Assembly: GCA_030595835.1 (NCBI GenBank)
Contig: JAUVLG010000004.1
Location: forward strand, 1 to 58,124
Direction of reading: 5' to 3'
Length of the DNA stretch: 58,124 nucleotides
DNA from: Candidatus Eiseniibacteriota bacterium
Lineage (GTDB): Bacteria > Joyebacterota > Joyebacteria > Joyebacterales > Joyebacteraceae
Shown here in pieces: positions 1 through 9,198 of the stretch (within the stretch, counting starts at the first letter, position 1; the number at the start of each line of letters is the position of its first letter). The notes beneath the pieces are model-generated. The model was not told the DNA's origin and searched no databases. It was given only the letters and a program-made list of their open reading frames with translations. A program made the translations under genes and the position numbers.

Positions 1-2547
1 CGCTTCACGAGCAGGGAGATAGCTCTCCTTGGTCTGATGGCGGCCCTGTGGGGTGTGATCGAGATCACCGTCGGTGGGATGATCAAGACGTGGCACATCC
101 CGTTCGGTGGCTCGTTCCTTTCGACGTTCGGGGTCGTCATACTCCTCACGGCACGAGGCAGTGTGCCGCGGAGGTGGTCGTCGATTCTGATCGGGGTTGT
201 CGCCGCCGGAGTCCGTCTCATGTCCGGGTTCGGCGGTGCCATTTTCGCGGCGATCGGCATAGTCGCCGAGGCGCTCATCGTCGAACTCGTGCTCAGTCTC
301 TGGTCGAGTACGAAGCTTCGGGCGCGCATGCTTGCCGGTATCCTGGCTGTGATGTGGGCCCTGATCCACCCGTTCGTGGTGCAGGGCTACATGGCCGGTT
401 TGGGTCCGGCGAAGGTTTATTCGTTCACTATTGGTCTGATCGCGGGGCAGGAACCTCTCAGCTCGGGACAGGCCATGCTGGTGTTCTTTTCTTTGGTGCT
501 GGTTCACGCAGTCTTGGGAGGATGCGCCGTGCTCTTCGTTGACAGGATCATACTGGCTCCCTACGCGCGGGCTCATCGGTCCATGGGGACCGGAGGCCGT
601 GACGACGACGGCGGCGGGTCGTCTGGCGGGGGAGGGAATGCCGCGACTCTGGTCGTGTTCGTGGCCGCGCTTCTGCTGACCGCCTTCGTTCCTGGCGCGC
701 AGGCTCAGCAGTCCGAGTCGTCCCGCGTCGCCGCGGGCGTGGGTCCCGCAGGGATGTACTGGTTGCTTCCCGAGTTCACGGTGGTTGGTTCGAGGCTCTT
801 CGGACCCTATTCGGTGTTCGAGATGGAGTCGGAGGACATCCAGCAGGCGGGCGCCAACAACCTGTCAGATGCCCTCAGCCTCGTGCCGGGGATGGTCGTC
901 AGGACGAACTCGCGAGGCGAGGCGAAGCTCTCGACGCGTGGACTTGCCGAGCGCGAGATCGTTGTTCTGGTAGATGGCGTACCGATCGCGGATTCGTACA
1001 CCGGGTCCGTCAATACGGCGATGGTCTTAAGCGGCGCCATCGGGAAGATCAATGTCACGAAAGGCCCGGTCGCGAGCGTCTACGGGGCGAACGCGCTCGG
1101 TGGCATCATCGAGGTGACGACGGCGGGAAGCAAACGAACCGGCTTGGACTATCTTCTATCCGCGGGCAGCGACGGCGGGTACTCCGGCTTCATCTCCGGC
1201 GGAGGCAGCGTGGGGCTGGTCCACCTGACCGGCGGGCTGGCCGCGAACGGGGCTAGTGGGTTCGAGCTTCCGGGATCGTACACTGCGGAGCGATGGGAGG
1301 ACGGTGGAACGCGGGACCACTCGGCTCGCGAGGACATCTTCGCCTGGGGCCGCGCCTCGTGGAAGCTGGCTGGATCCGTCGATGCGTCCCTGTCGATGCA
1401 GGTGGCGGACGGAAGGCGCGACGTCCCGGCGTCAACCAACGCTGACCGCCCGCGGTTCTGGCGGTTCCCCTACTGGCGGGAGACCCGCACCATCGGGTCG
1501 GTCGGATGGAAGCCGAGCGACACGATGCTCGTCGAAGGCAAGGTCTTCTACGGCACCAATGACAACGAACTCGCCGCCTACTCCGACTTCGAACGTACCG
1601 ACCGACGTTGGTTGTCGAGCGTGTCAAACCGGGTCTACGGTGGCTACGTCTACACGGAGCTGGACGCATTCACGACACAGCGGCTCTCGGCGGGACTGAA
1701 CGTCAAACGTGATGTCGCGTCACTGCAGTCGGACATCGGTGAGGAGTGGCGGGACCACGAGGCCACGACCATGTCTCTTTTGGGCCAGGATGTGTTCAAT
1801 CTGGGGCGTGACAGTCAAGTGGCCGTGGCCGTCAATGCGGATGGCATGGTCGGTGAGGGATTCTCGCTGGTCAGAATCAACCCGCAGGCTTCGTGGAGCC
1901 GGCGGCTGCCCGCCGACGTCACGATTCGCGTCCTGGGAGGCATGAAGACGCGTTTTCCGACTCTGAAGGAGTGGTTCAGCCCCGAGATCGGCAATACCGA
2001 CCTCAGGCCCGAGATGAGCACGTCGGTTGAAGCCGAGGTTGCCAAGAGGATCTCAGGCGGCTCCAGACTCTCGTTCCTTGTGTTTGAGCAGTGGGTGAAA
2101 GACATGATCGTGTCGGCAGGTGGTGGAGATCCCTGTCGGAACGTCGGGTCGGTGGAGTCATGGGGAGTGGAAGTGGGTGCGCGGCACAACCTGTACAGAG
2201 AGCTCGACGTCAATCTGAGTGTGGCAATGACGTCGGCCCGAGACACTGAGTCGGGTGGCGACGTGCCCCTTGTGCCGAAGACCATGGTGGTTGCGTCGGC
2301 AACCTACTCGCGTGGCCCGGCCACGTGCCTGGCGCGCGTGACCCGCGTCGGGTCGCGGACCGAGTCGAGCGGTAGCGCGCTGCCGCCCTATGTTCTGATG
2401 GACTTGAGAGGTACATTCGCGACCGCGTGGGGTGACTTCTTCGTGGGTGCGGAGAACGTCCTGGACGTGCTCTATCAGGACGAAGAGGGATTTCCGCAGG
2501 CCGGGCGGAGGTTCGAGCTCGGCGTGATGAGGGATCTCTACCATTAG
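1..2547 (+). CDS. 5'-partial ORF: polytopic membrane domain fused in frame to a TonB-dependent receptor (plug + beta-barrel)
   Basis: The frame is open from nt 1, with no stop before 2547. The first ~180 aa form 6-7 hydrophobic helices. Then come a flexible linker RAHRSMGTGGRDDDGGGSSGGGG, a signal-peptide-like ATLVVFVAALLLTAFVPGAQA/QQ and a TonB-box-like LPEFTVVGS. Plug motifs follow (DALSLVPGMVV, STRGL, VLVDGVPI, ALGGIIEVTT), and the barrel ends ELGVMRDLYH. An in-frame ATG at 583 could yield a stand-alone receptor. Confidence 0.65.
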   Translation, partial: RFTSREIALLGLMAALWGVIEITVGGMIKTWHIPFGGSFLSTFGVVILLTARGSVPRRWSSILIGVVAAGVRLMSGFGGAIFAAIGIVAEALIVELVLSLWSSTKLRARMLAGILAVMWALIHPFVVQGYMAGLGPAKVYSFTIGLIAGQEPLSSGQAMLVFFSLVLVHAVLGGCAVLFVDRIILAPYARAHRSMGTGGRDDDGGGSSGGGGNAATLVVFVAALLLTAFVPGAQAQQSESSRVAAGVGPAGMYWLLPEFTVVGSRLFGPYSVFEMESEDIQQAGANNLSDALSLVPGMVVRTNSRGEAKLSTRGLAEREIVVLVDGVPIADSYTGSVNTAMVLSGAIGKINVTKGPVASVYGANALGGIIEVTTAGSKRTGLDYLLSAGSDGGYSGFISGGGSVGLVHLTGGLAANGASGFELPGSYTAERWEDGGTRDHSAREDIFAWGRASWKLAGSVDASLSMQVADGRRDVPASTNADRPRFWRFPYWRETRTIGSVGWKPSDTMLVEGKVFYGTNDNELAAYSDFERTDRRWLSSVSNRVYGGYVYTELDAFTTQRLSAGLNVKRDVASLQSDIGEEWRDHEATTMSLLGQDVFNLGRDSQVAVAVNADGMVGEGFSLVRINPQASWSRRLPADVTIRVLGGMKTRFPTLKEWFSPEIGNTDLRPEMSTSVEAEVAKRISGGSRLSFLVFEQWVKDMIVSAGGGDPCRNVGSVESWGVEVGARHNLYRELDVNLSVAMTSARDTESGGDVPLVPKTMVVASATYSRGPATCLARVTRVGSRTESSGSALPPYVLMDLRGTFATAWGDFFVGAENVLDVLYQDEEGFPQAGRRFELGVMRDLYH

Positions 2548-2555
2548 GAAGGGTC

Positions 2556-2576
2556 GTCCCGCTGATTTGGCGGGAC
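2556..2576 (+). terminator. hairpin after the receptor gene
   Basis: GTCCCGC-TGATTTG-GCGGGAC lies 9 nt after the stop at 2547. There is no clean T-run. Confidence 0.35.
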
Positions 2577-2865
2577 TGTCTGGGGCGAGCATAGCCGCGG
2601 AGGATCTCAGGCTCGAGGCCGAGGAGTTCCCGGCCTACGGGTCGTACAACATCGGTGGCGAGGATATCAGGGAGTCGTATTGCAGCTATGCGAGTGGAGG
2701 AATGGCCGTCGATGGACTGGACATCCCGAGTGAGTGGTTCAAGCTCAAGGTGTCGATCGCGAGCGGCGGCTGCTACAGTTCGAGAATGGGACTATCAGAG
2801 TGCGTACGATGACACCGGTGGGAGCAACAACCTGGGGCCGCATCAAGAGCATGTATAACAACTAG
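2567..2865 (+). pseudogene. decayed remnant of a CBM6/35-like secreted protein carrying the WGxIK tail
   Basis: Frame 2 reads ..RLEAEEFPAYGSYNIGGEDIRESYCSYASGGMAVDGLDIPSEWFKLKVSIASGGCY and then stops at 2812. Frame 1 (2734-2865) reads ..LQFENGTIRVRTMTPVGATTWGRIKSMYNN*. There is no signal peptide and no ATG/GTG start, and the only TTG sits inside the upstream hairpin. Confidence 0.4.
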
Positions 2866-2929
2866 TGGCCCGCCGTTTGTGCGGGCACGGCCGGACGCAC
2901 CCCCAACTACTCTCTAAAGAGGAGGGAGC

Positions 2930-4129
2930 ATGCGCCATCTCCTTCTGACGCTCGCCGTGCTTATGCTGGCGGTCGTCGCCGCTGCCGACGCCGCCGCGAC
3001 CGTGGCCCGTACCACGATCGGCGACGTCCCCCGAACGTACACACACTTCATGAACGCACAGGAAGCGGCCCTCTGCCGGGCGAACGTGGCGGCCGGGGGC
3101 CTTTCGGCGTACTTCTTCAATCCTGCCGTCATCACCGACCTCGAAGGCATCGCCGGTCAGGCTACAATGCGGGCGAACATGAAGTCCCGTAACTACCTGC
3201 CCGGTGGTGACGACGGCCTGGATGCGTCCAACGACGTTTTCCTCTTCTCGCAGGCCGTGGCGGCTAAGCGCACCGACATGTACGCGCTCGGGTTTGGCTA
3301 CTCCTGCCCGTCGTACAGGCGTCTGGAACTGGACGGCAGTCTGGACGGCGAACCGTACAAGGGGGCCGAGTTCAAAGGCAGCCTGAGGTTCTTCGAGGTC
3401 CTTGCGGCGGCGAGAATCGGCACGGACGCCCAGGGCTCGATCGGCATCGCCGCGGGGATAGCGAACCTGACCGAAAGCGCGAGTGAGCCGGGTCAGAGAA
3501 GGGCCGAGATGGACGGTATCGCGGCCTCGCTCGCCATCGGGATGACCTTCGATGCGATGGAGCGTCTGACGTTTGGTGTGGGCTACCGTTTCAGTACGAA
3601 GGTTGACGTCTCCGGCAGCTGGCACGCCGAGGTCGGGGAGCCCGACAGCACCGATACCGGTACCACGAGGACCGAGCCGGTTGTCGTGGCCGGTGTGCGC
3701 TTCACGGCGAGCGACAATTACATCCTCTACGCGAGCTACATCCACGAGGGATGGGAGGAGGCGCGGTCGACGTTCGCGGCCTACTACCCGACGGGCGACT
3801 GTGATGACTGCAACGAAGAGCACCGCTCGCGAGACGAGTTTGACAGCGCGCTCGGAACGGCGGCCGTCGGTGGGGAGGGCACGCTGATGGACGGGCGCGT
3901 CACCATTCGCGCCGGGTTCTCGATGCCGGTCGGGTCCGATTTCGACAACACGGACGAACCCGAGTACCGAGAGCTGGTGCCCGAGTACGCGGCCGGACTG
4001 GGCGGCACTCTGAGGTTCGAGGAATACTTGGTCGAGGCCGCCTTCGTCCGGGAGCAGTACGCCGATGGAGACGAGGGCGAACAGGTGGTCAACCACGGGA
4101 TCTACGTGACCGTTGGATACGAATTCTGA
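2930..4129 (+). CDS. FadL/OMPP1-like outer-membrane beta-barrel protein
   Basis: Strong RBS AAAGAGGAGGGAGC-ATG. Signal peptide MRHLLLTLAVLMLAVVAAADA. FadL-type N-terminal motif ..AAGGLSAYFFNPAVITDLEG. Alternating beta pattern with a C-terminal OMP signal VTVGYEF. Confidence 0.55.
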   Translation: MRHLLLTLAVLMLAVVAAADAAATVARTTIGDVPRTYTHFMNAQEAALCRANVAAGGLSAYFFNPAVITDLEGIAGQATMRANMKSRNYLPGGDDGLDASNDVFLFSQAVAAKRTDMYALGFGYSCPSYRRLELDGSLDGEPYKGAEFKGSLRFFEVLAAARIGTDAQGSIGIAAGIANLTESASEPGQRRAEMDGIAASLAIGMTFDAMERLTFGVGYRFSTKVDVSGSWHAEVGEPDSTDTGTTRTEPVVVAGVRFTASDNYILYASYIHEGWEEARSTFAAYYPTGDCDDCNEEHRSRDEFDSALGTAAVGGEGTLMDGRVTIRAGFSMPVGSDFDNTDEPEYRELVPEYAAGLGGTLRFEEYLVEAAFVREQYADGDEGEQVVNHGIYVTVGYEF

Positions 4130-4159
4130 CCGACGGCGCGTGCTGCGTGAGCGGGTGAC

Positions 4160-5233
4160 ATGAGGATAGCGGTTGCCATGAGCGGCGGAGTCGACAGCTC
4201 CGTCGCTGCTCATATCCTGAAGGAACAGGGGCACGAGGTCATTGGCCTCACCATGGAGATCCGGCCCTGCGGTGCCGACGCCCAGGGCGGCGGTCGGACT
4301 TGCTGTGATCCTGACTCCATCAGGGACGCGGGACGTGTAGCGGACGAACTCGGGATACGTCACTACGAGTTCGGCATGCGCGCGGCGTTCGAGAGCGCTG
4401 TGGTTCGCGAGTTTCTCACCGAGTACGCGGGCGGCAGGACCCCGAATCCCTGCGTGACCTGCAATCGCCTCATCAAGTTCGACCCGTTCCTCGAGAAGGC
4501 AGTAGCTCTGGGAGCCACGCATCTTGCTACCGGGCACCACGCGGTCGTAACACCCGATGAGCCGACTGGTGCGTACCTCCTGCAAAAGGGAAGGGACCGC
4601 TCCAAGGACCAGAGCTACTTCCTGTACGTCCTGACGCAGAAGCAGCTCCCTCACGTGTTGATGCCAATCGGTGACATGACCAAGACCGAGGTGCGGGACG
4701 CCGCCCGAGCGGCGGGGCTCTCCATTGCGGAGCAGGCGGAGAGCCAGGATGTCTGCTTCGTCCCGGACGGCGACGTTGCCTCCTTCTTCCGCTTGATGAT
4801 GCCTGAGGCCATGCGGCCTGGCCCCATCGAGGACCTTGACGGAAACGTACTTGGTGAGCACGCAGGTCTCCCTCTCTACACCGTGGGTCAGAGGAGCGGG
4901 CTGGGGCTGTCGCGGCCCAGACCCACCTACGTGGTGCGTCTCGACGCAGGGCGCAACGCGGTTGTCGTCGGCGACGACGAGGCACTCTACTCATCGGAAC
5001 TCGCTGCCTCGGGCCTCAACTGGATAGCCGGGGCGCCTCCTGCCGCTCAGTTCCAGGCCGAGGCCAAGATTCGCTATGCCGCGGAGCCTGTGTCGTGCAC
5101 GGCCTCGCTTGACGGGGAGCGTCTCAGGCTTACGTTCGAACGGCCGCTGCGAGCAATAGCACCCGGCCAGTCGGTCGTTCTCTACGATGGGGAGACCGTG
5201 CTCGGTGGGGGCGTGATCGACGGACAATCCTGA
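4160..5233 (+). CDS. mnmA: tRNA 2-thiouridine(34) synthase MnmA
   Basis: PP-loop AMSGGVDSSV, NPCVTCNRLIKF, LATGHHA and KDQSYFLY are all present, at the typical length of 357 aa. Confidence 0.93.
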   Translation: MRIAVAMSGGVDSSVAAHILKEQGHEVIGLTMEIRPCGADAQGGGRTCCDPDSIRDAGRVADELGIRHYEFGMRAAFESAVVREFLTEYAGGRTPNPCVTCNRLIKFDPFLEKAVALGATHLATGHHAVVTPDEPTGAYLLQKGRDRSKDQSYFLYVLTQKQLPHVLMPIGDMTKTEVRDAARAAGLSIAEQAESQDVCFVPDGDVASFFRLMMPEAMRPGPIEDLDGNVLGEHAGLPLYTVGQRSGLGLSRPRPTYVVRLDAGRNAVVVGDDEALYSSELAASGLNWIAGAPPAAQFQAEAKIRYAAEPVSCTASLDGERLRLTFERPLRAIAPGQSVVLYDGETVLGGGVIDGQS

Positions 5234-5258
5234 CTGAGCGCGCCCTCAGTCGCTTTCC

Positions 5259-5287
5259 TTGTGGTCGCTTGCATCCAGTGGTAGAAT
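5259..5287 (+). promoter_or_regulatory. sigma70-type promoter candidate
   Basis: TTGTGG-N17-TAGAAT with a TGG extension, about 125 nt upstream of the GTG at 5414. Confidence 0.45.
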
Positions 5288-5413
5288 GTCCTTGGGTGAC
5301 GCTCATGAACGTGAGCGGATTCCGGCGTGCTCGTCCGGCTGCGTCCCACACGCAGGTGGCGCACCCCGCGCTGTTTCGGACGCTCGCTGGCACATAGAGG
5401 AAGGAGGTTCGCT

Positions 5414-5896
5414 GTGAAAACAGCCTTCTTCGCTATCGTTGCGGCCGTCGTCATCATCGCCGCGCCCCCCGCGTGGGCACAGGAATGCAGTGAGGAGGTC
5501 GTGCTCGAAACGTTCGCCGGCACGATCGTCATGCACCACCGCGAGGCCCTCTTCAACTGCTGCGCCTATCTTGAGATCGAGGTGGAACACGACGCGTTCG
5601 AGGTCGGGATCTTCGAGTGGGAGATGTTTGGGGAGGAGGGTCCCTGCTACTGCATGTGCTGCTTCGCTGCGGAAGCGACCATCAGAGGGCTTGCGTCCGG
5701 GGACTACAACGTCAGTGTGTGGAAGGTCCACGACAACTTCGACGGCACGTGGACTCACGAGTTGATCGGGACCTGGATCGTCCCGGTGACCGGCCATTCC
5801 ACCGCGTCGGTCGAGACGTCATACGTCCCGTGCGTCAGCACGGGCATGGCGGAAGAACCGGACACCTGGAGCACCATCAAGGCACTCTTCCGGTAG
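5414..5896 (+). CDS. small secreted 8-Cys protein with WGxIK-type C-terminal tail (paralog 1)
   Basis: GTG start 6 nt after GAGGAAGGAGG. Signal peptide VKTAFFAIVAAVVIIAAPPAWA/QE. Conserved Cys pattern C..NCC..CxCxCCF..C. Ends EEPDTWSTIKALFR*. Confidence 0.7.
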   Translation: MKTAFFAIVAAVVIIAAPPAWAQECSEEVVLETFAGTIVMHHREALFNCCAYLEIEVEHDAFEVGIFEWEMFGEEGPCYCMCCFAAEATIRGLASGDYNVSVWKVHDNFDGTWTHELIGTWIVPVTGHSTASVETSYVPCVSTGMAEEPDTWSTIKALFR

Positions 5897-5942
5897 TGGG
5901 TAAGCCCGACTGTTCCACGGGATCCCAAAGGAGGTGGTCAGT

Positions 5943-6410
5943 ATGAGAGCCCACACCACCACCGCCGCGGTGCTGGTCGTGCTGTTCCTTGTCTCACTCG
6001 CGTCAGCGCAGACGTGCGACGAAGAGGTGTTCCTTACGACGTCGGACGGCACGATCGAGATTTCCCATCTACAGACCATGTACAACTGCTGCTGCGGGGT
6101 GGACAGCGAGGTGGTTCAGGACGGTTTCTGGATCGATGTCCACGAGTACGAGCGCCTCATCGGGGGCGGGTGCGATTGTCTGTGCTGTTTCGACATCGAG
6201 ATCGTGATCGCAGGGCTGGCCCCTGGTGACTACACTCTGAGCATCATCAAGCACACCGAGCACGGGGGCGTCGAACTGGTCGGGACATGGTTTGTCACCG
6301 TGACGGGGTCGTGTCCTCCTGGGTTTCTCACGACGTATGTGCCTTGCAGTGAGACGGGCATGGCGGATGACGAGACGACGTGGGGCATGATCAAGGCGCT
6401 CTACAGATGA
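5943..6410 (+). CDS. small secreted 8-Cys protein with WGxIK-type C-terminal tail (paralog 2)
   Basis: ATG at 5943 lies 8 nt after AAAGGAGG; the GTG at 5934 overlaps the RBS. Signal peptide ..AAVLVVLFLVSLASA/QT. Same Cys pattern as 5414-5896. Ends DDETTWGMIKALYR*. Confidence 0.75.
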   Translation: MRAHTTTAAVLVVLFLVSLASAQTCDEEVFLTTSDGTIEISHLQTMYNCCCGVDSEVVQDGFWIDVHEYERLIGGGCDCLCCFDIEIVIAGLAPGDYTLSIIKHTEHGGVELVGTWFVTVTGSCPPGFLTTYVPCSETGMADDETTWGMIKALYR

Positions 6411-7471
6411 TGACGGCCAGCGTCAGTGCTGTGGCGCTGATCGCTGTGCTGGCCGCGACGGCACCAGCAGTGACGCTTTCCGCCCGAGCACCTGAGAAGC
6501 CCGGCGGGGTTGCGGTCAGTCCGCCCTGCGGGGACCGCGTCGAGGGCGATACGATTGAGGAGTGCTGGACGATTCCATCGCTGCCCTTCTTCGACACTGG
6601 CAACACCTGCGCCTACGCCAACGACTACGATGAGGTTTGCCCCTACGCGGGCTCGACGGCGCCTGACGTTGTCTACGCCTACGAGCCCCTGTACGACATG
6701 TGCGTGAGCATCAGCCTCTGCGACTCGTACTACGACACGAAGGTCTACATCTACCAGGACGTGGTAGGCAACGTGCCGTGGCCCGACGGCTGCAACGACG
6801 ATAATTACGACTGCGTGGACCCCCCGGTCAACTACACGTCGTGGATTGATGAGATCACCCTGTTCGCGGGCCACACATACTACGTTGTCGTCGATGGCTA
6901 TGGCGGAGAGTGTGGCGACTACGTGCTCGAGGTAGAGGAGGTCGAGTGCACGCCCCCGTGCGACGTCATATGCGTCGGCGTGCCCGAGGGCGAGCCGACC
7001 TGTTACGACGGCTACGAGGACCACTACAACGGCGGCTGCAATTCAACGCCCCATTGTTTCTCGATCGTCTTCTCCAGCCCGGATCCCATCACCTACTGCG
7101 GCGAGAGCGGCGTGTACGAGTACAGCAACGGCGTTACATACAGGGACACGGATTGGTACATGTTCTCAGTGTGGGGCGAGCCCGTGCGCTTCAGCATAAC
7201 GGTCGAGGCCGAGTTCGGCGTGCTGTTCGGGTTCGTCGACGGTCTCTGCGACAATCCGTCATTCGTCAGCTACTCTACGACGCCTGAGTGCACGCCGCAC
7301 ACGATCACGGAGGAGCTGTCCTACGGCACCTACGCGATCTTCGTGTCCACCGATTCGTGGGAGCCGGAGTATGAGTGCGGCATCGAGTACTCGCTCACGA
7401 TCGAGGGATATTCGCCGTTTGTCCCTGTCGATGCCATGAGCTGGGGGAGGGTCAAAGCGCTCTATCAATGA
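6407..7471 (+). CDS. secreted Cys-rich protein with two PPC-like beta-sandwich modules and WGxIK-type tail
   Basis: ATGA overlap with the upstream stop. Signal peptide MMTASVSAVALIAVLAATAPA. FAGHTYYVVVDGYGGECGDYVLEV resembles the pre-peptidase C-terminal (PPC) fold signature. Ends DAMSWGRVKALYQ*. Confidence 0.65.
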   Translation: MMTASVSAVALIAVLAATAPAVTLSARAPEKPGGVAVSPPCGDRVEGDTIEECWTIPSLPFFDTGNTCAYANDYDEVCPYAGSTAPDVVYAYEPLYDMCVSISLCDSYYDTKVYIYQDVVGNVPWPDGCNDDNYDCVDPPVNYTSWIDEITLFAGHTYYVVVDGYGGECGDYVLEVEEVECTPPCDVICVGVPEGEPTCYDGYEDHYNGGCNSTPHCFSIVFSSPDPITYCGESGVYEYSNGVTYRDTDWYMFSVWGEPVRFSITVEAEFGVLFGFVDGLCDNPSFVSYSTTPECTPHTITEELSYGTYAIFVSTDSWEPEYECGIEYSLTIEGYSPFVPVDAMSWGRVKALYQ

Positions 7472-7587
7472 CACGGGACGGTGTCAGCTCTGCAGGCAGG
7501 CACGCCGACCGCGTGCCGGTGAGACTGCAGCGAGGCGACTGAGGGACCGCAAGGTAGCGGTGACACGAAAGGACAGTTGACCAACTC

Positions 7588-9171
7588 ATGAGACACACCC
7601 GCTTCCACGCGGTCGCGGCGCTCGCCGTCGCGGCCGCGCTTCTAGTATCCGGCTGTGGTCCGAGATACGACGTCGAAAACGTGCGCGCCCGCGCGGACGA
7701 GATGTCCGCACGCATCATGGAGGCCTATTACGACAGCGACGCGTACGGCCACGAACTGGACGTGGCAGGCATCATCGCCGAGTATCGCGACCTGGCCGAC
7801 CCGGGTCTCGTGCGTTTCGTCGGTTCGCTGAGGGACCGGGAGCAGGACCCGAGGAGGCGCAAGCAGCTCGACTTCCTGTTCTACGATCTGGTCAGCACCG
7901 CCGTGTGGCATGGCCAGGCGCGGTTCTACGACGAGATAGCGAACATTGAAGCGACCGGTCGGGTGACGGTCGGGGAGGACGAGTTCGCATATAGGGACCT
8001 CGGGATCGAGCTCTACAACGAGACCGACAGCGCGACCAGGAAGCGCTACTACCTGGCGCTCGGTGAGTTCGCGGTTGCCAGGACCAATCCGCTCAGAAAG
8101 GAACTCATCGACTCCACGCGTGAGAGGCTCAAGGGCTTCAGATTCAGCGACCTGGACGACTACGAAGCCGCCAGGCGGGGCATCGACTTCGACGCGTTCG
8201 AGGATGGCGTCGTCGCCTTCCTCGAAGAGACAAACGACATCTATCTCGACCTGACCAGCGAGGCCGCCCGCGAGGTTTTCGGCGTCGAGGTCACCGAGGT
8301 CGAGGACTACGATCGCGGTCGCCTCTTTAGAGGAGCGGAGTTCGACCAGTACTTCCCTGCCGGCGGCACCGTCGGCCTGCTGGAAGACGTGCTCCTGGGG
8401 ATGGGAATCGACCTGGGCAGTCTCCCGGCGGTCAGGATCGACGATGAGGACCGACCCGACAAGGAGCCACGGGCGGCTTCCTACGCGGTCGTCCCGGGCG
8501 AGGACGTGCGTATCCTGGTCAAGCCCGCCGGAGGCGTCGGCGACTACGAGAGCCTCTTCCACGAGATGGGCCACGCGCTCCACGACGCGTACATCGGAGT
8601 GGAGGAGTACGAGTTCCAGCGACTGGGTGACTACGGTACCACTGAAGCTTATGCGTACATCCTTGAGGACCTGCTGTCAGACGAGCGCTTCATCGAGGAG
8701 ACCGGACTGATAGAGGATGCGGACGTTTTGCGGCGCTTTCTGAGGAAGCAGCTTCTGAGCGACCTCGGCAGCGCTCGCTACTACGCCGGCCTCATGAGGT
8801 ACGAGCGGAGGCTGCACCGCGGCGAGCTGTCCGAAGAGGAACTCGTGGCTGCATACGGAGAGCTCATCGGCGAGTCGCGCCTGGTCCCGCTCGAGCATCC
8901 GGAGTTCGGGTATCTGGCGGACAACGAGGATTTCTATGGTGTCAACTACCTCGAGGCGTGGTTTCTCGCGGCGCAGCTAAGAGCCGCGCTCGGGGAGCGC
9001 TTCGGGGAGACGTGGTGGGCCGAGCCCGCGGCGGGGGAGTTCCTCAAGGAACTCTGGGAGTTCGGCGCCGAGCTGCCGCCCGAGGAGGTGGCGCAACGCA
9101 TCGGGTACGACGGGCTCGATTCCGCCTACTACATCAATGAGGTGAGAGCCGCCTACGCGGCATACAGGTAG
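7588..9171 (+). CDS. lipoprotein zinc metallopeptidase, M3 (oligoendopeptidase F)-like
   Basis: Lipobox AALLVSG/C. HEMGHALHD zinc motif with a downstream TTEAYAYILE Glu, as in the M3 family. Confidence 0.55.
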   Translation: MRHTRFHAVAALAVAAALLVSGCGPRYDVENVRARADEMSARIMEAYYDSDAYGHELDVAGIIAEYRDLADPGLVRFVGSLRDREQDPRRRKQLDFLFYDLVSTAVWHGQARFYDEIANIEATGRVTVGEDEFAYRDLGIELYNETDSATRKRYYLALGEFAVARTNPLRKELIDSTRERLKGFRFSDLDDYEAARRGIDFDAFEDGVVAFLEETNDIYLDLTSEAAREVFGVEVTEVEDYDRGRLFRGAEFDQYFPAGGTVGLLEDVLLGMGIDLGSLPAVRIDDEDRPDKEPRAASYAVVPGEDVRILVKPAGGVGDYESLFHEMGHALHDAYIGVEEYEFQRLGDYGTTEAYAYILEDLLSDERFIEETGLIEDADVLRRFLRKQLLSDLGSARYYAGLMRYERRLHRGELSEEELVAAYGELIGESRLVPLEHPEFGYLADNEDFYGVNYLEAWFLAAQLRAALGERFGETWWAEPAAGEFLKELWEFGAELPPEEVAQRIGYDGLDSAYYINEVRAAYAAYR

Positions 9172-9198
9172 TCAAGCGGATTCGGGGGACGGAATCCA

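Noticed and set aside
2843-4861. 672-aa minus-strand ORF spanning the OMP and mnmA genes
   Set aside because: It is an antisense shadow ORF typical of high-GC DNA, with Arg/Gly/Pro/His-rich low-information sequence. It overlaps two plus-strand genes that have RBSs and unmistakable motifs (the mnmA PP-loop, a signal peptide and an OMP C-terminal F).
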